From an uncultured Thermoplasmatales archaeon (GTDB taxonomy: Archaea > Thermoplasmatota > E2 > DHVEG-1), in assembly GCA_964517155.1 (NCBI GenBank), contig CAZFAZ010000085.1, positions 1 to 36,728 on the forward strand: DNA of 36,728 nucleotides, in the 5' to 3' direction. A model generated the notes under the pieces. It made no database searches. It was given only the letters and a program-made list of their open reading frames with translations, and had not been told where the DNA came from. Positions 26,954 through 36,728 of the stretch are shown one piece after another; position 1 is the stretch's first letter, and every line of letters begins with the position of its first letter. A program made the translations under genes and the position numbers.

Positions 26954-28846
26954 TTAATTTACCTGAAGACTTGAATCACCGAAGAGCTGCCACTGTTGCA
27001 CCATTTTCATATCCATCTCATCATGATTTCCCAAAAACCTGTTTAGATACTGGGTTATTGCTTCTTGATGTAGTTCGCCTAACATGCGTATGTTTTCCTC
27101 TTTGTAGAGTTCAAAGAATCTTAGCTCTATCCATCCATCATATGCTTCAAGATAATCGTTTACACCATTGTTATCTGAGTCATCCATTGCATGTGTACCA
27201 AGACCTGTGTTTGCAATGGTTGCAATAGCGCCTCCACCTTTTTTGCTTGTAAGCTTCCATGCCCAGCATGAAAGGGCGCCGCCATCAGAAAGAGTTACAT
27301 CAAATTTTCCATTGAGGCATCCGCCAACAACAGTTACAGGTAGTTTATATTTATTTCTGAGAAGATTCATATGAATATTTCTGTAAAATGAAGTCGGTAT
27401 CAAAGAGTCAGGCAACCATTTTGCAATTTTTGGAGCCCATCCTTCTGCATTTGGTGGAAGATGTATACCCCATGCTGAAACACCTCCGTGTCCGCAGAAA
27501 TATGCAAAACCAGCGCCTTGATTTAATGCGTTAGTTACATCTCTTATAGTCATATCTCCTTTTTCTGTAGCATAAAGCTCTACAGGCTTAAAGTCAGACA
27601 TGATTTCTTTTGCTGCATCCATTATTAAAACTCCTTCATTTATCTGGTTTTTATCTTGCCAGTGATCACCGGATACAAGAACCATGTTTTTGAACCAATC
27701 CCCTGCGTCGTTTGTTTCATAGTTAATTATCTTATCAACAACTGTTTTTACTTGTATTTTGTTTCTACATGCAAGCCGCCCTAATCTAACATCTGGATAC
27801 AAATCCATTTTATCAATTACTCCGCCGTCATATTCTGCAAAAATACCATTTTCATTTGAGTCCCAACATGAGAAATTTCCTTCAGAATCATAAATATCTG
27901 CAAAATACAGATCACTTAGAAACTCTGGTTCGATATTTTCTTGAGTGCCCTTGCGAATGATTACATGACTATATCTAACCGGTAAATTCCATTTATTGGA
28001 CTGCCCATCTCTTCCGCCTACTAAAAGAACATTTTTTATTCCATACCTTTCTATTGACTCTTTTATGCAGTATTTTATTTGCTCTGCTTCGTCTCTCCCA
28101 TCAAATTTTTCATATATTTCCTCTGCAGTCATAAATTTAGTTTTAATATTTTGTTTTTCTTTATGATCAATGAGAGGCTGTAGATTTTTTGAAAAATCAT
28201 TTGGAGCAATAATTAATAAATCATATTCATTTTTATCTGTAATTAGCGGTGTTTCTGGCTCTTTATAAAAAACATTTATTTGAACTTCATCTGTAAAAAG
28301 AAGTTGTTTGACTAAAGGAATATATGTTACAGGATACACTCTTATATTTAGCATTGTTTTGTATTCGTTTTCTGAGAGCCCCCCTCCTGTATGATACACT
28401 ACAAACTCAGAGGGATACATATCAGAGTTTTCATAAATTTTTTTATCATCTTCTGTTAAGACCGAGCATGAGCCATAAGACAGTTTTGATTCAACGTTTA
28501 TTTCTTTAGGTGTTGTAAATTTGTAGTCTACAGATAATATTTTTGTTCCAAAAGGAAATGTTAAAGTTGTTAGATTTACTGGCACAACGGGCCTTCCATC
28601 ACCTGTGCTATGAAAATCTGCTTCTAAAACATTTACTATAGTTAACCCTTGGTTTTCTTCTATTATTGGTTCTGAAAATGTATATGTTTTTGTAAAAAGT
28701 TTCACGCCGTCTGGTAAAATAATTGTTTCTTCAAACGTTTTTTCGTCACTTGGTTTTTGCATTACTAAAACAGCAGCCACTGCTGATATTAGTAGTATAA
28801 CAACAATAACAATTGCTATGTTTTTAATCATTTTTTTGTTTTTCAT
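26954..28846 (-). CDS. Peptidase C25 (gingipain family), N-terminally anchored or secreted
   Basis: Hydrophobic N-terminus, propeptide-like region, LLIIAP, VLLVGG, SDLYFADI, PDVRLGRL, FCGHG (His), GGCLNGKFD (Cys), WQLFGD. Confidence 0.92.
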   Translation of the reverse strand: MKNKKMIKNIAIVIVVILLISAVAAVLVMQKPSDEKTFEETIILPDGVKLFTKTYTFSEPIIEENQGLTIVNVLEADFHSTGDGRPVVPVNLTTLTFPFGTKILSVDYKFTTPKEINVESKLSYGSCSVLTEDDKKIYENSDMYPSEFVVYHTGGGLSENEYKTMLNIRVYPVTYIPLVKQLLFTDEVQINVFYKEPETPLITDKNEYDLLIIAPNDFSKNLQPLIDHKEKQNIKTKFMTAEEIYEKFDGRDEAEQIKYCIKESIERYGIKNVLLVGGRDGQSNKWNLPVRYSHVIIRKGTQENIEPEFLSDLYFADIYDSEGNFSCWDSNENGIFAEYDGGVIDKMDLYPDVRLGRLACRNKIQVKTVVDKIINYETNDAGDWFKNMVLVSGDHWQDKNQINEGVLIMDAAKEIMSDFKPVELYATEKGDMTIRDVTNALNQGAGFAYFCGHGGVSAWGIHLPPNAEGWAPKIAKWLPDSLIPTSFYRNIHMNLLRNKYKLPVTVVGGCLNGKFDVTLSDGGALSCWAWKLTSKKGGGAIATIANTGLGTHAMDDSDNNGVNDYLEAYDGWIELRFFELYKEENIRMLGELHQEAITQYLNRFLGNHDEMDMKMVQQWQLFGDSSLQVN

Positions 28847-29043
28847 ATTTTCACCAAAGATTCTATCTTAGATATAGTAACTAAATAAATATAATATATT
28901 TAAACATTTATATAATTATTGCTTTTAAATATAAATAAAAGTTAGATATCTTGCTCACCATAAAATATATTAACTATTAAAATAATTCTATATATATAAA
29001 ATAATTTATACGATATATCGAATACAATGATGATATTTAACTA

Positions 29044-30708
29044 ATGGGTTGGTATCTTATGATAAAAAAACTAAACAAAAAAAATATGTATATGCTAGTT
29101 ACCATCTGCGTCGTAATTATCTTAATTGGCAGCGCTGTGATTTATAATTTAATTTCTTTAGATGATGAAAAAAAAGACGATGAAACTATAGATATAGATA
29201 CAGTTCCTTTAACAGAATTATTAGGAAAAACATATTCTCAGTTAAAACAAGAAAGTCTAATAGAGAAAATCCAAATTACTGATGAAAATATAAGCACTTT
29301 AACAAATCAGGCAGTAACCTTTGAAGTAAATAGAATACGTAAAAAAGGCATAGAAGAACAAATGAGGAAAATAGGAAATTCCTGGAAAAATACGCCTAGT
29401 TATTATTTTGAAGTAATACTTCATAATGGACTTTGGGAAGGGCATAAAATCAACAAATGGGACACAGGATACGTCGGATGGGAGGCATTCAGAGAAGTAG
29501 ATGATGAACTTGAAGCATGTACAATCAAATTTACAATATATGAAACCGAGAAAACAGGAATTCTTGGACGTAAAACAAAAGAGGTAGAAAAAGAAAGTTT
29601 CTCATTACAATACTGTTTCAGAACTGGTCGCTGGACCGCAGACAGTCGTATTCAAGGGGGGCTATTGGGAAATGGTTATTTAAATGGAGATAATTTTGAA
29701 GTATGGTTTGATGTACATCAATCAGATTATGACGGAGACACAATACCTTATTGGACAGAGGTAAACATACTTGGAACAGACCCCCGTGTAGATGATAGAT
29801 ATCAAGATCCTGACGGCGACGGGATACCAACTGCTTGGGAGTGGAAATGGGGATACAACCCATTTGTTTTTGATAATCATACCACTCTTGACCCAGAGGT
29901 CGATGGACTTAGCAATATAGAAGAATATAAACTTGCTAAATGGGGAGCAAACCCCTGCAGAAAAGATATCTATGTTGAAGTAGACCACATGGAAAAAGGG
30001 CCAGGATTATTTGCTAAAGATCATGTTTTTTATGAAGAAAGCAAGCAGATGGTTATGGATAAATTTACAGAAAAAGATATTACTCTCCATATAGATAATG
30101 GAATAATGGGCGGCGGTGGAGAACTTTTAGAATTTTACGAAGAATACATTGATGAAGAGAGCGGCATTGTCTCTGAATACTATAAATATCATTTTGCAGA
30201 TGAAAGAAAAGGAGTTTTCAGATACTGCGTAATTGTTCATAAAGCAGGATGGTGCCATCCGCAGGATAGCAAGCTTGCAATGGATGTTATGGCAATACCT
30301 GCTAATTTGAAATATTATATCAATAATTTCAAGCCTTTTGCAGTAACACCAAGGCTACAAAGAGTTGCAATGGCTGTTGCTTTTATGCATGAACTTGGGC
30401 ATACTCTTGGTTTAAGAAAAGTCGGAAGTATAGTTATAAACCCGGGAATTGATAATAACACACAGATTGGTAGAGGCATGGAAGATGTACCGTTACTTCA
30501 GAGATTACAAAAACAGCAAGAAGCAAAAAAATATTGGGAAAACTATGAAAGCTGCCTGAATTATGATAAATTCGGCCAATATGTTCTCGGATATTCTGAT
30601 GGCACTCACGGAGAGCGTGATGTAGACGACTGGAGCTTAATCGATTTTACTTTCTTCCAGAGACATGAACCTATAGGGCTTTGCGGAATAAGAAAAGACG
30701 TTGAATAA
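29044..30708 (+). CDS. Membrane-anchored protein with DxDGD Ca-binding repeats and a zincin motif (putative metallopeptidase)
   Basis: N-terminal TM helix; DYDGD, DPDGDG; DIYVEVDHM; FMHELGHTLGL. Confidence 0.72.
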   Translation: MGWYLMIKKLNKKNMYMLVTICVVIILIGSAVIYNLISLDDEKKDDETIDIDTVPLTELLGKTYSQLKQESLIEKIQITDENISTLTNQAVTFEVNRIRKKGIEEQMRKIGNSWKNTPSYYFEVILHNGLWEGHKINKWDTGYVGWEAFREVDDELEACTIKFTIYETEKTGILGRKTKEVEKESFSLQYCFRTGRWTADSRIQGGLLGNGYLNGDNFEVWFDVHQSDYDGDTIPYWTEVNILGTDPRVDDRYQDPDGDGIPTAWEWKWGYNPFVFDNHTTLDPEVDGLSNIEEYKLAKWGANPCRKDIYVEVDHMEKGPGLFAKDHVFYEESKQMVMDKFTEKDITLHIDNGIMGGGGELLEFYEEYIDEESGIVSEYYKYHFADERKGVFRYCVIVHKAGWCHPQDSKLAMDVMAIPANLKYYINNFKPFAVTPRLQRVAMAVAFMHELGHTLGLRKVGSIVINPGIDNNTQIGRGMEDVPLLQRLQKQQEAKKYWENYESCLNYDKFGQYVLGYSDGTHGERDVDDWSLIDFTFFQRHEPIGLCGIRKDVE

Positions 30709-30951
30709 CATACGTCTTTTATTTTTTTATAATCCTTAATTTATACGCACGTTATTTTCATTTTTTTAGTATATATGCAGCTTAATTGTGGATTCAAGAG
30801 ATGAAAGGAAAAAAATAGATGCAAACTTATTAATAGTAGTAAAGGCTCTCTCCCAAAAAAAAGAATAGTGATTAAGGTTTCATATTTACAGTAGTAAAAA
30901 ATTTGAAATTTTCTTTCAATTAATTCTTTTTTAAAAAAGAGGTAATAACAT

Positions 30952-31143
30952 ATGAAAGGTAAAATAAAATGGTTTAACGCAAGAAAAGGATACGGATTTA
31001 TAGTAGGCGAAGACGGAAAAGAAATCTTTGTTCATAAAAATGACGTGCCCTCTGGAACATATCTTAATGATGATGACCAGGTCGAATATACTGAAGAAAG
31101 TACTGAACGAGGAATGCAAGCTAAAAACATAAAAAAACTGTAA
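30952..31143 (+). CDS. Cold-shock protein (CspA family)
   Basis: KGKIKWFN..KGYGFI (RNP1), EIFVH (RNP2); 63 aa; GAGGT RBS. Confidence 0.95.
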   Translation: MKGKIKWFNARKGYGFIVGEDGKEIFVHKNDVPSGTYLNDDDQVEYTEESTERGMQAKNIKKL

Positions 31144-31193
31144 ATTTTCTCAAATTATTTATTAATTCTTAAATTTAAATTTTTGCAGGTTCG

Positions 31194-32159
31194 ATGAGAG
31201 TGGAAAATAAAACAGAAAAAAAGATGCAAAATAAAAACAAGCAAAAAATCGAAGAGACAGTTAAATGTCCTAATTGTCATAGTACACACCTTACAAAAGA
31301 TTATTCCAGAGCAGAACTAGTCTGCGAAAAATGCGGTCTTGTGATAGACGCAGAAATCATGGATCATGGGCCTGAATGGCGTGCATTTGACAATGAGCAA
31401 AGAGAAAAAAAATCACGAACAGGATCACCAATGACATATACTATTCATGACAAAGGACTTTCAACTATGATAGGCTGGCAAAACCGTGACAGCTACGGAA
31501 AGGCGATTCCAACAAGAAATCGTGCACAACTTTATCGACTGAGAAAATGGCAAACTAGAACAAGAATAAGTGACGGCACAGAAAGAAATCTGGCAATAGC
31601 GCTAGCTACACTTGATAGAATGTCATCAACCTTAGGTTTACCTAGAAACGTTCGTGAAACAGCTGCAATGATATATAGAAGAGCAGTACGAATAAAATTA
31701 ATACGAGGGCGAAGTATCGATGGAGTTACCTCTGCAGTGCTATATGCAGCATGCAGACAGTGCAACGTACCAAGAACACTAGAAGAAATAAGCAGGGTAG
31801 CAAACATTCCTAAAAAAGAAATAGGGCGAAATTACCGTAATATATCTCGAAAATTAGAGTTGAGATTACTACCAACAACACCACATACATATATTTCAAG
31901 ATTCTGCAGTCAACTAAACCTTAGTAACGATGTTCAAGCTAAAACACTGGAGATATTAAAAAAAGCAACAGGGTTAGAGCTTACAAGCGGCCGAGGGCCA
32001 ACAGGTCTTGCTGCTGCAGCGTTATATATAGCATCAGTTCTCTGTGGTGAAAGACGCACACAACGTGAAGTTGCAGATGTTGCAGGTGTCACTGAAGTTA
32101 CAATTAGAAACCGTTACAAAGAACTTGCAAAAAAAATGGATATAGATATCATAATGTAA
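31194..32159 (+). CDS. tfb: Transcription initiation factor IIB
   Basis: Zn ribbon CPNC...[56 protein letters not shown]. The true start may be 31224. Confidence 0.97.
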   Translation: MRVENKTEKKMQNKNKQKIEETVKCPNCHSTHLTKDYSRAELVCEKCGLVIDAEIMDHGPEWRAFDNEQREKKSRTGSPMTYTIHDKGLSTMIGWQNRDSYGKAIPTRNRAQLYRLRKWQTRTRISDGTERNLAIALATLDRMSSTLGLPRNVRETAAMIYRRAVRIKLIRGRSIDGVTSAVLYAACRQCNVPRTLEEISRVANIPKKEIGRNYRNISRKLELRLLPTTPHTYISRFCSQLNLSNDVQAKTLEILKKATGLELTSGRGPTGLAAAALYIASVLCGERRTQREVADVAGVTEVTIRNRYKELAKKMDIDIIM

Positions 32160-32190
32160 AAAAAATAAGATTTATAGGTGAAAAAACAAG

Positions 32191-33378
32191 ATGAAATTTA
32201 ATGAACTAAATATCAACAAAAAACTTAAAGATAAAACAGTTGAAAAAAGATTTGAAGAATTAACAATGATTCAGGAGAAATGTATTCCTGAAATCATAAA
32301 AGGAAACGATGTAGTAGGGCAAGCAGAAACCGGAAGTGGAAAAACTATTGCTTTTTGTCTGCCTATTTTAGATAAAATTATTGCAAAACAAGGACTTCAA
32401 GCACTTATTCTTACACCGACAAGAGAATTATGCGTACAAGTAACAGAAGTATTTCAGGAATTTGGAAAAAATCTGAATATTAACACTACAAGCATATACG
32501 GCGGCGTGGGAATTGAACCACAGGTAAGAAAAATTCGCAGTTCAGAAGTAGTTGTAGGAACACCTGGCAGAATGCTTGATCATCTAAGACGAAAAACAAT
32601 AAATTTTAGAGATGTACGCTTTTTAATATTAGATGAAACAGATAAAATGCTAGAGATGGGTTTTATTGATGATGTTGAAAAAATAATAAGTTATGTACCA
32701 AAGAAAAGACAAACGCTGATGTTTAGCGCAACAATAGAAAATAGCATTCATAGGCTTATGAATAACTATCTTAACAATCCCAAAATTATAAAAACTCAAT
32801 CACAGGTAGACAGCAGTAGACTTGAGCAAGTGTATTATGATATTTACCAGCAGAACAACAAATTCTCAATTCTTCTTCATTTACTAAAAAACGACACCCC
32901 TGGGCTTGCTATAGTATTTTGTGCAACAAGAAGAGAATGTGATGTTGTCGAAAGAAACCTTAGACATCACGGAATACGAGCATCTGCTATTCATGGAGGA
33001 ATGACTCAGAATAAAAGAATGAATTCTTTAGATTCACTTAAGGAACAAAAAACAGATGTTCTTGTAGCAACAGATGTAGCAGCACGTGGTCTTGATATTA
33101 AAAATGTAACACATGTATATCATTATGATGTGCCAAAGACATCTAAAGAATATATACATAGAATAGGTAGAACTGCTCGTGCAGGAGAAAACGGCAAAGC
33201 AATAACATTACTTACTGAACCAGATCATGACAATTTTAGAAGGGTACAAAGTGATGAAGAGCTTGAAATTGAAAGAGCAGAAATACCTGATTTTGAAAGA
33301 GTTAGTTTCTCTAGAAGAACCGAAACCGTAAACAAAAAAAGGACTTTTCAAAAAAGATATCAGCATAGACGAAGATAA
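32191..33378 (+). CDS. DEAD-box-family RNA helicase (motif II reads DETD)
   Basis: AETGSGKT, PTREL, GTPGR, LDETD, SAT, ARGLD, HRIGRTAR. Confidence 0.95.
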   Translation: MKFNELNINKKLKDKTVEKRFEELTMIQEKCIPEIIKGNDVVGQAETGSGKTIAFCLPILDKIIAKQGLQALILTPTRELCVQVTEVFQEFGKNLNINTTSIYGGVGIEPQVRKIRSSEVVVGTPGRMLDHLRRKTINFRDVRFLILDETDKMLEMGFIDDVEKIISYVPKKRQTLMFSATIENSIHRLMNNYLNNPKIIKTQSQVDSSRLEQVYYDIYQQNNKFSILLHLLKNDTPGLAIVFCATRRECDVVERNLRHHGIRASAIHGGMTQNKRMNSLDSLKEQKTDVLVATDVAARGLDIKNVTHVYHYDVPKTSKEYIHRIGRTARAGENGKAITLLTEPDHDNFRRVQSDEELEIERAEIPDFERVSFSRRTETVNKKRTFQKRYQHRRR

Positions 33379-33395
33379 AAGAAAAACTCTTTTTT

Positions 33396-34352
33396 TTATA
33401 AATTTTCTAATATTTCAAACATTTTAGAAAAAGAAGATACTTTTTGAATTTCAAGTTTTAAATTCTTTAAATTATGACGATTTGAAAAATATTCTGGAAA
33501 AATCTTACGCATTTTAATAACGCCGTTAGATACACCATAAAAATCACATATGTTCTGCAGATGCTCTAAACATATCTTCTTTTTTTCTACAAGATTTGGC
33601 CGGGAAAAAGAACTTTTAGAAAACACAGATATAAGTTCTGATACAAGCCAAGGATTACCTATAAGACTGCGCCCTGGCATTACTGCAGCAGCACCTGTTT
33701 TTTTAATCATCATTTCTGCATCAGTTCCTGTAAAAACCCCGCCATTTGCAACAACTGGAATTGAGAGGTTTTCTACAACTGATTTTATTAAATCAAAATC
33801 AATTGGAAGACCAAATTTTTTCTCACCTGTTCTCCCATGGATAACAACTGCATTAACACCAGCATTCATAAGTTTTTTAGAAAGAGATACAACATTTACA
33901 TTTTGTTTTGTTGGGCCAAGTCTAAGTTTACAGGTCACAGGAAGGTTTACAGAATCAACAACAGATTTAGCAACTAAACAGGCATGTTCTTCTTTTTTCA
34001 TAAGGGAAATACCTGCTCCTTTACCAGCAACTTTTTTTATTGTGCAGCCCATGTTAATATCAATATAATCAAAACCCATATTTTCAACGATACCTGCTGC
34101 CTTACCCATGATTGTAGGATCTGAGCCGAAGAGCTGTACCCCATTATAATGCGTTCCTTGTACTTTTTTAAGCATCTGCAGGGTTCTTGGGTTCTTGCGA
34201 ATTACTGCTTGTGCGCTAACCATCTCAGTTATAATAAAAGGTGGATTAAATTTTGCAAGAATTAATCTGTAAGGATAATCAGTATAACCGCTTAGCGGCG
34301 GAAGTATAAATTTATATTTAAGCAGTTGCTGTATAAATTTAGAAGAGTTCAT
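33396..34352 (-). CDS. tRNA-dihydrouridine synthase (Dus family)
   Basis: PLSGYTD, TEMV, VQLFG, IDINMGC, PVTCKLRLG, IHGRT, PVVANGGV, GNPW. Confidence 0.92.
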   Translation of the reverse strand: MNSSKFIQQLLKYKFILPPLSGYTDYPYRLILAKFNPPFIITEMVSAQAVIRKNPRTLQMLKKVQGTHYNGVQLFGSDPTIMGKAAGIVENMGFDYIDINMGCTIKKVAGKGAGISLMKKEEHACLVAKSVVDSVNLPVTCKLRLGPTKQNVNVVSLSKKLMNAGVNAVVIHGRTGEKKFGLPIDFDLIKSVVENLSIPVVANGGVFTGTDAEMMIKKTGAAAVMPGRSLIGNPWLVSELISVFSKSSFSRPNLVEKKKICLEHLQNICDFYGVSNGVIKMRKIFPEYFSNRHNLKNLKLEIQKVSSFSKMFEILENL

Positions 34353-34419
34353 AATATAGTCTTTTTAAAGGTAAAACAAATTTTTTTTTATATCTTTTCT
34401 AAGAATGTGTTTTACCAGA

Positions 34420-36393
34420 CTATTTCTTGTACATCTCACGAATAGGAATATATGCTAGCAGTACAGCAATATATATCCATAATATTAATCCAGGTAGAAT
34501 TGGTGCTTCACCTGAAAAAAATGCTAGGTTTAAACCTAGTACAAAAAGTATTGCCACGAAAACACCCATGAGTGCTTCTCCAGCTACAAGTCCTGCTGTA
34601 AATAAAAGCCCGGTGCGTATTACTTTTTCTTTGGGTTTTACATTGGTTTGTTTAATTGCAAGTTCCCAATCAGAAATCTCTTCTTCTTGGGCATTACCAT
34701 ATTTTTTTGAGATAAATTTATCTGTTAGATATCTGACTCCTCCACCAGCAAATATTGGAACACTAAGTGTAAAAGGCAAATATATTCCAATTGCAACAGG
34801 TAGAACTGGTAAATCAATCATTATTAAAACAACAGCTAAAACCATTCCTGCAATAACATAAGGCCATAACATTTCTCCACCTAGTATTCCTTTTACAACT
34901 CCTGCCATTAGATATGCTTGTGGTGCCGGCAGTGTTCTGCTGCCTATTTTAAATGCTTGATCTAAAATAGCTATTACTAATCCTATTACTCCAGATGCGG
35001 CTAATACTCCCAGCGTCATAGATATCTGAAGTTTTTTTGGAGTTGCACCAAGCATTTGTCCGCATGCCATAGATTGGAGCAAATCACCAGATATCGAGCC
35101 TCCAATACAGATAACAGCAGATATCATAATTACTATTGCCATTGCCTCAAAACTTGTTGCGCCTAAACTTAACATGATAAGGCTTACAATGAGTAATACT
35201 ACAACAGTTACTCCTGAAATTGGGCAGTTAGATGAGCCGACAAGTCCTGTTAGATAACCTGCAAGTGCACTTGCGATAAATGCAAAAAATATTGTTATTG
35301 CTGCCATGAGAAGAGATATCCCAAATAAATTTGAAAGCCATAAATACAGGAAGAAAACAGGTATAGTTATAAGTATTATACATGAAAATACAAGTTTGTA
35401 GCTTATATCCTGATCTGTTCTTTTTTTGGTTTTTACTTGTCCACCGCGTATACCAATTATTGCTTCTTTTATGCTATCGACTAAATTATTTTTAATCTGC
35501 CATATCGCCCAAAGACCGCCTACTAGCATTGCACCTACGCCAATGTATCTTATTTGTTCACCCCAAATCAAGAAAATTCCTTCAAGTGGATCATTGCTGG
35601 GCATACCACTGATTAAGATTACAATTGGCAAAATAATTACCCATCCTAGAAGTCCTCCTACTATTACATATGATGCTATTTTTGGCCCTATTATCCATCC
35701 AACACCAAGAAGTGCTGGTGATGTTGTTACACCGCCGTAGAACCATCCTTGTTTTGCTTCTCCACGGATGATGTAAGAGCCAATGTTTGCAACGTGTTCT
35801 ATTGTTCCTCTAAATATATTTAATGATAGTTCTCCAAATTTGAAAAGTGCAGCGATTATTGCGCCTATTACAAGCCATTTTCCACTAACGCTTTCTGAAG
35901 GTTTTATTTCACCTGCAGTTTCACCGCCGACGGTGGTGGTAAGTACTGCTGCAACAGCGATACCTTCAGGGAAAGGTAAATCAGTTTTTATGACAAGTGC
36001 ACGACGAAGTGGTACCATCCATAGTACTCCTATTAATCCGCCAAGAAGTGCGATAAGTGTTGTTTCAAGATAATGGATTTCAGTCCAAGCGCCAAGGATA
36101 ACAAGGGCAGGTATTGTAAAGATTACACCTGCGGCTATGCATTCTCCTGCTGCTGCACCCATAGTTGCAAGATTTACTTCAAGAATTGTTCCTTTAAAAG
36201 GTCTTAGAATAGCTAGAGCCATAACTGCTCCAGGGATTATTGCTGATACTGTCATTCCTGCATAAAGCCCGAGATATGCATTTGCAGCACCTAGGACTAT
36301 TGCCAAAAAAATTCCTACTAGTGTTGCTTTTAAGGTGAGTTCAGGTATTTTTTTAGATGCAGGTATGAATGATTTAAAGTTATCTCTATCCAT
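34420..36393 (-). CDS. OPT-family oligopeptide transporter
   Basis: ELT, ANAYLGLYAG, LPFPEG.A.A.VL, GLVGSSNCPISG, LGATPKKLQ, LPAPQA, GLVAGEALMG; many TM helices. Confidence 0.95.
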   Translation of the reverse strand: MDRDNFKSFIPASKKIPELTLKATLVGIFLAIVLGAANAYLGLYAGMTVSAIIPGAVMALAILRPFKGTILEVNLATMGAAAGECIAAGVIFTIPALVILGAWTEIHYLETTLIALLGGLIGVLWMVPLRRALVIKTDLPFPEGIAVAAVLTTTVGGETAGEIKPSESVSGKWLVIGAIIAALFKFGELSLNIFRGTIEHVANIGSYIIRGEAKQGWFYGGVTTSPALLGVGWIIGPKIASYVIVGGLLGWVIILPIVILISGMPSNDPLEGIFLIWGEQIRYIGVGAMLVGGLWAIWQIKNNLVDSIKEAIIGIRGGQVKTKKRTDQDISYKLVFSCIILITIPVFFLYLWLSNLFGISLLMAAITIFFAFIASALAGYLTGLVGSSNCPISGVTVVVLLIVSLIMLSLGATSFEAMAIVIMISAVICIGGSISGDLLQSMACGQMLGATPKKLQISMTLGVLAASGVIGLVIAILDQAFKIGSRTLPAPQAYLMAGVVKGILGGEMLWPYVIAGMVLAVVLIMIDLPVLPVAIGIYLPFTLSVPIFAGGGVRYLTDKFISKKYGNAQEEEISDWELAIKQTNVKPKEKVIRTGLLFTAGLVAGEALMGVFVAILFVLGLNLAFFSGEAPILPGLILWIYIAVLLAYIPIREMYKK

Positions 36394-36449
36394 AATTACT
36401 AATTATATATTATTTTTATTATATTAAAACTTATTTATTCCAGAAAAAA

Positions 36450-36728
36450 TTGAAAGATGATGAGGAAAAAATCTATTCAAAAATAGTAATCAATGAATAT
36501 TAATATAATACAAGATGCATGTTTTTGGACAGATGATTGTAATGCAACACTTACTTTAGAAAATATGATTACAAATATGACTAAAAAATGCTATAAAAGG
36601 CAAATAATATGAATTCCAATCAGATACGGGATGCATTAGGTTGTCTTCCAAAAGAACATAATCATTGTGCGCTTCTTGCAGTAAAGACCTTGCATAAAGC
36701 AATTAGTATTTATAAAAAACAAAGAGGA
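36450..36728 (+). pseudogene. IscU/NifU-like Fe-S scaffold remnant
   Basis: Fragments in changing frames: EKIYSKIVINEY*, IIQDACFWTDDCNAT..MITNMTK, IRDALGCLPKEHNHCALLAVKTLHKAI. The NPRN...CGD segment is absent. Runs to the window edge. Confidence 0.75.

Noticed and set aside
35..36073. Many short antisense or overlapping ORFs in the track (e.g. 35-364, 3678-4055, 14443-14952, 33550-34068, 34427-34861)
   Set aside because: They are shadows of well-supported genes in another frame or strand and carry no recognisable motifs.

Overview
AT-rich archaeal chromosome segment (rpl15e, TFB, archaeal-type tRNA without encoded CCA). The gingipain/caspase-like secreted peptidases, OPT transporter and bacterial-type PfkA, class II aldolase and Csp suggest a Thermoplasmatota lineage such as MBG-D/Thermoprofundales (inference). 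Housekeeping blocks (fba-pfk, cysS-usp, rpl15e, paaK-acd-ahcY, traB, csp-tfb-DEAD, dus, OPT) alternate with three accessory regions. (1) An ~8 kb biosynthetic-looking cluster: two B12-binding radical SAM enzymes and a FemAB/GNAT-like transferase, transcribed divergently from two TRAM-less methylthiotransferase-like radical SAM enzymes, plus a broken arylsulfotransferase. (2) A UbiA prenyltransferase, a C13/C14 peptidase and a nonsense-interrupted DDxxD isoprenoid-synthase-fold gene. (3) A tRNA-Arg(CCT) integration hotspot: a diverged second tRNA copy, an intact tyrosine integrase with a 5' hairpin, a wHTH + nucleotidyltransferase::PD-(D/E)XK fusion pair, and a Fic gene bracketed by ~60-bp direct repeats; the first repeat runs into a degenerate tRNA 3' end. 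An IscU/NifU pseudogene lies at the right edge. All product calls come from motif recognition by eye; no database searches were run.
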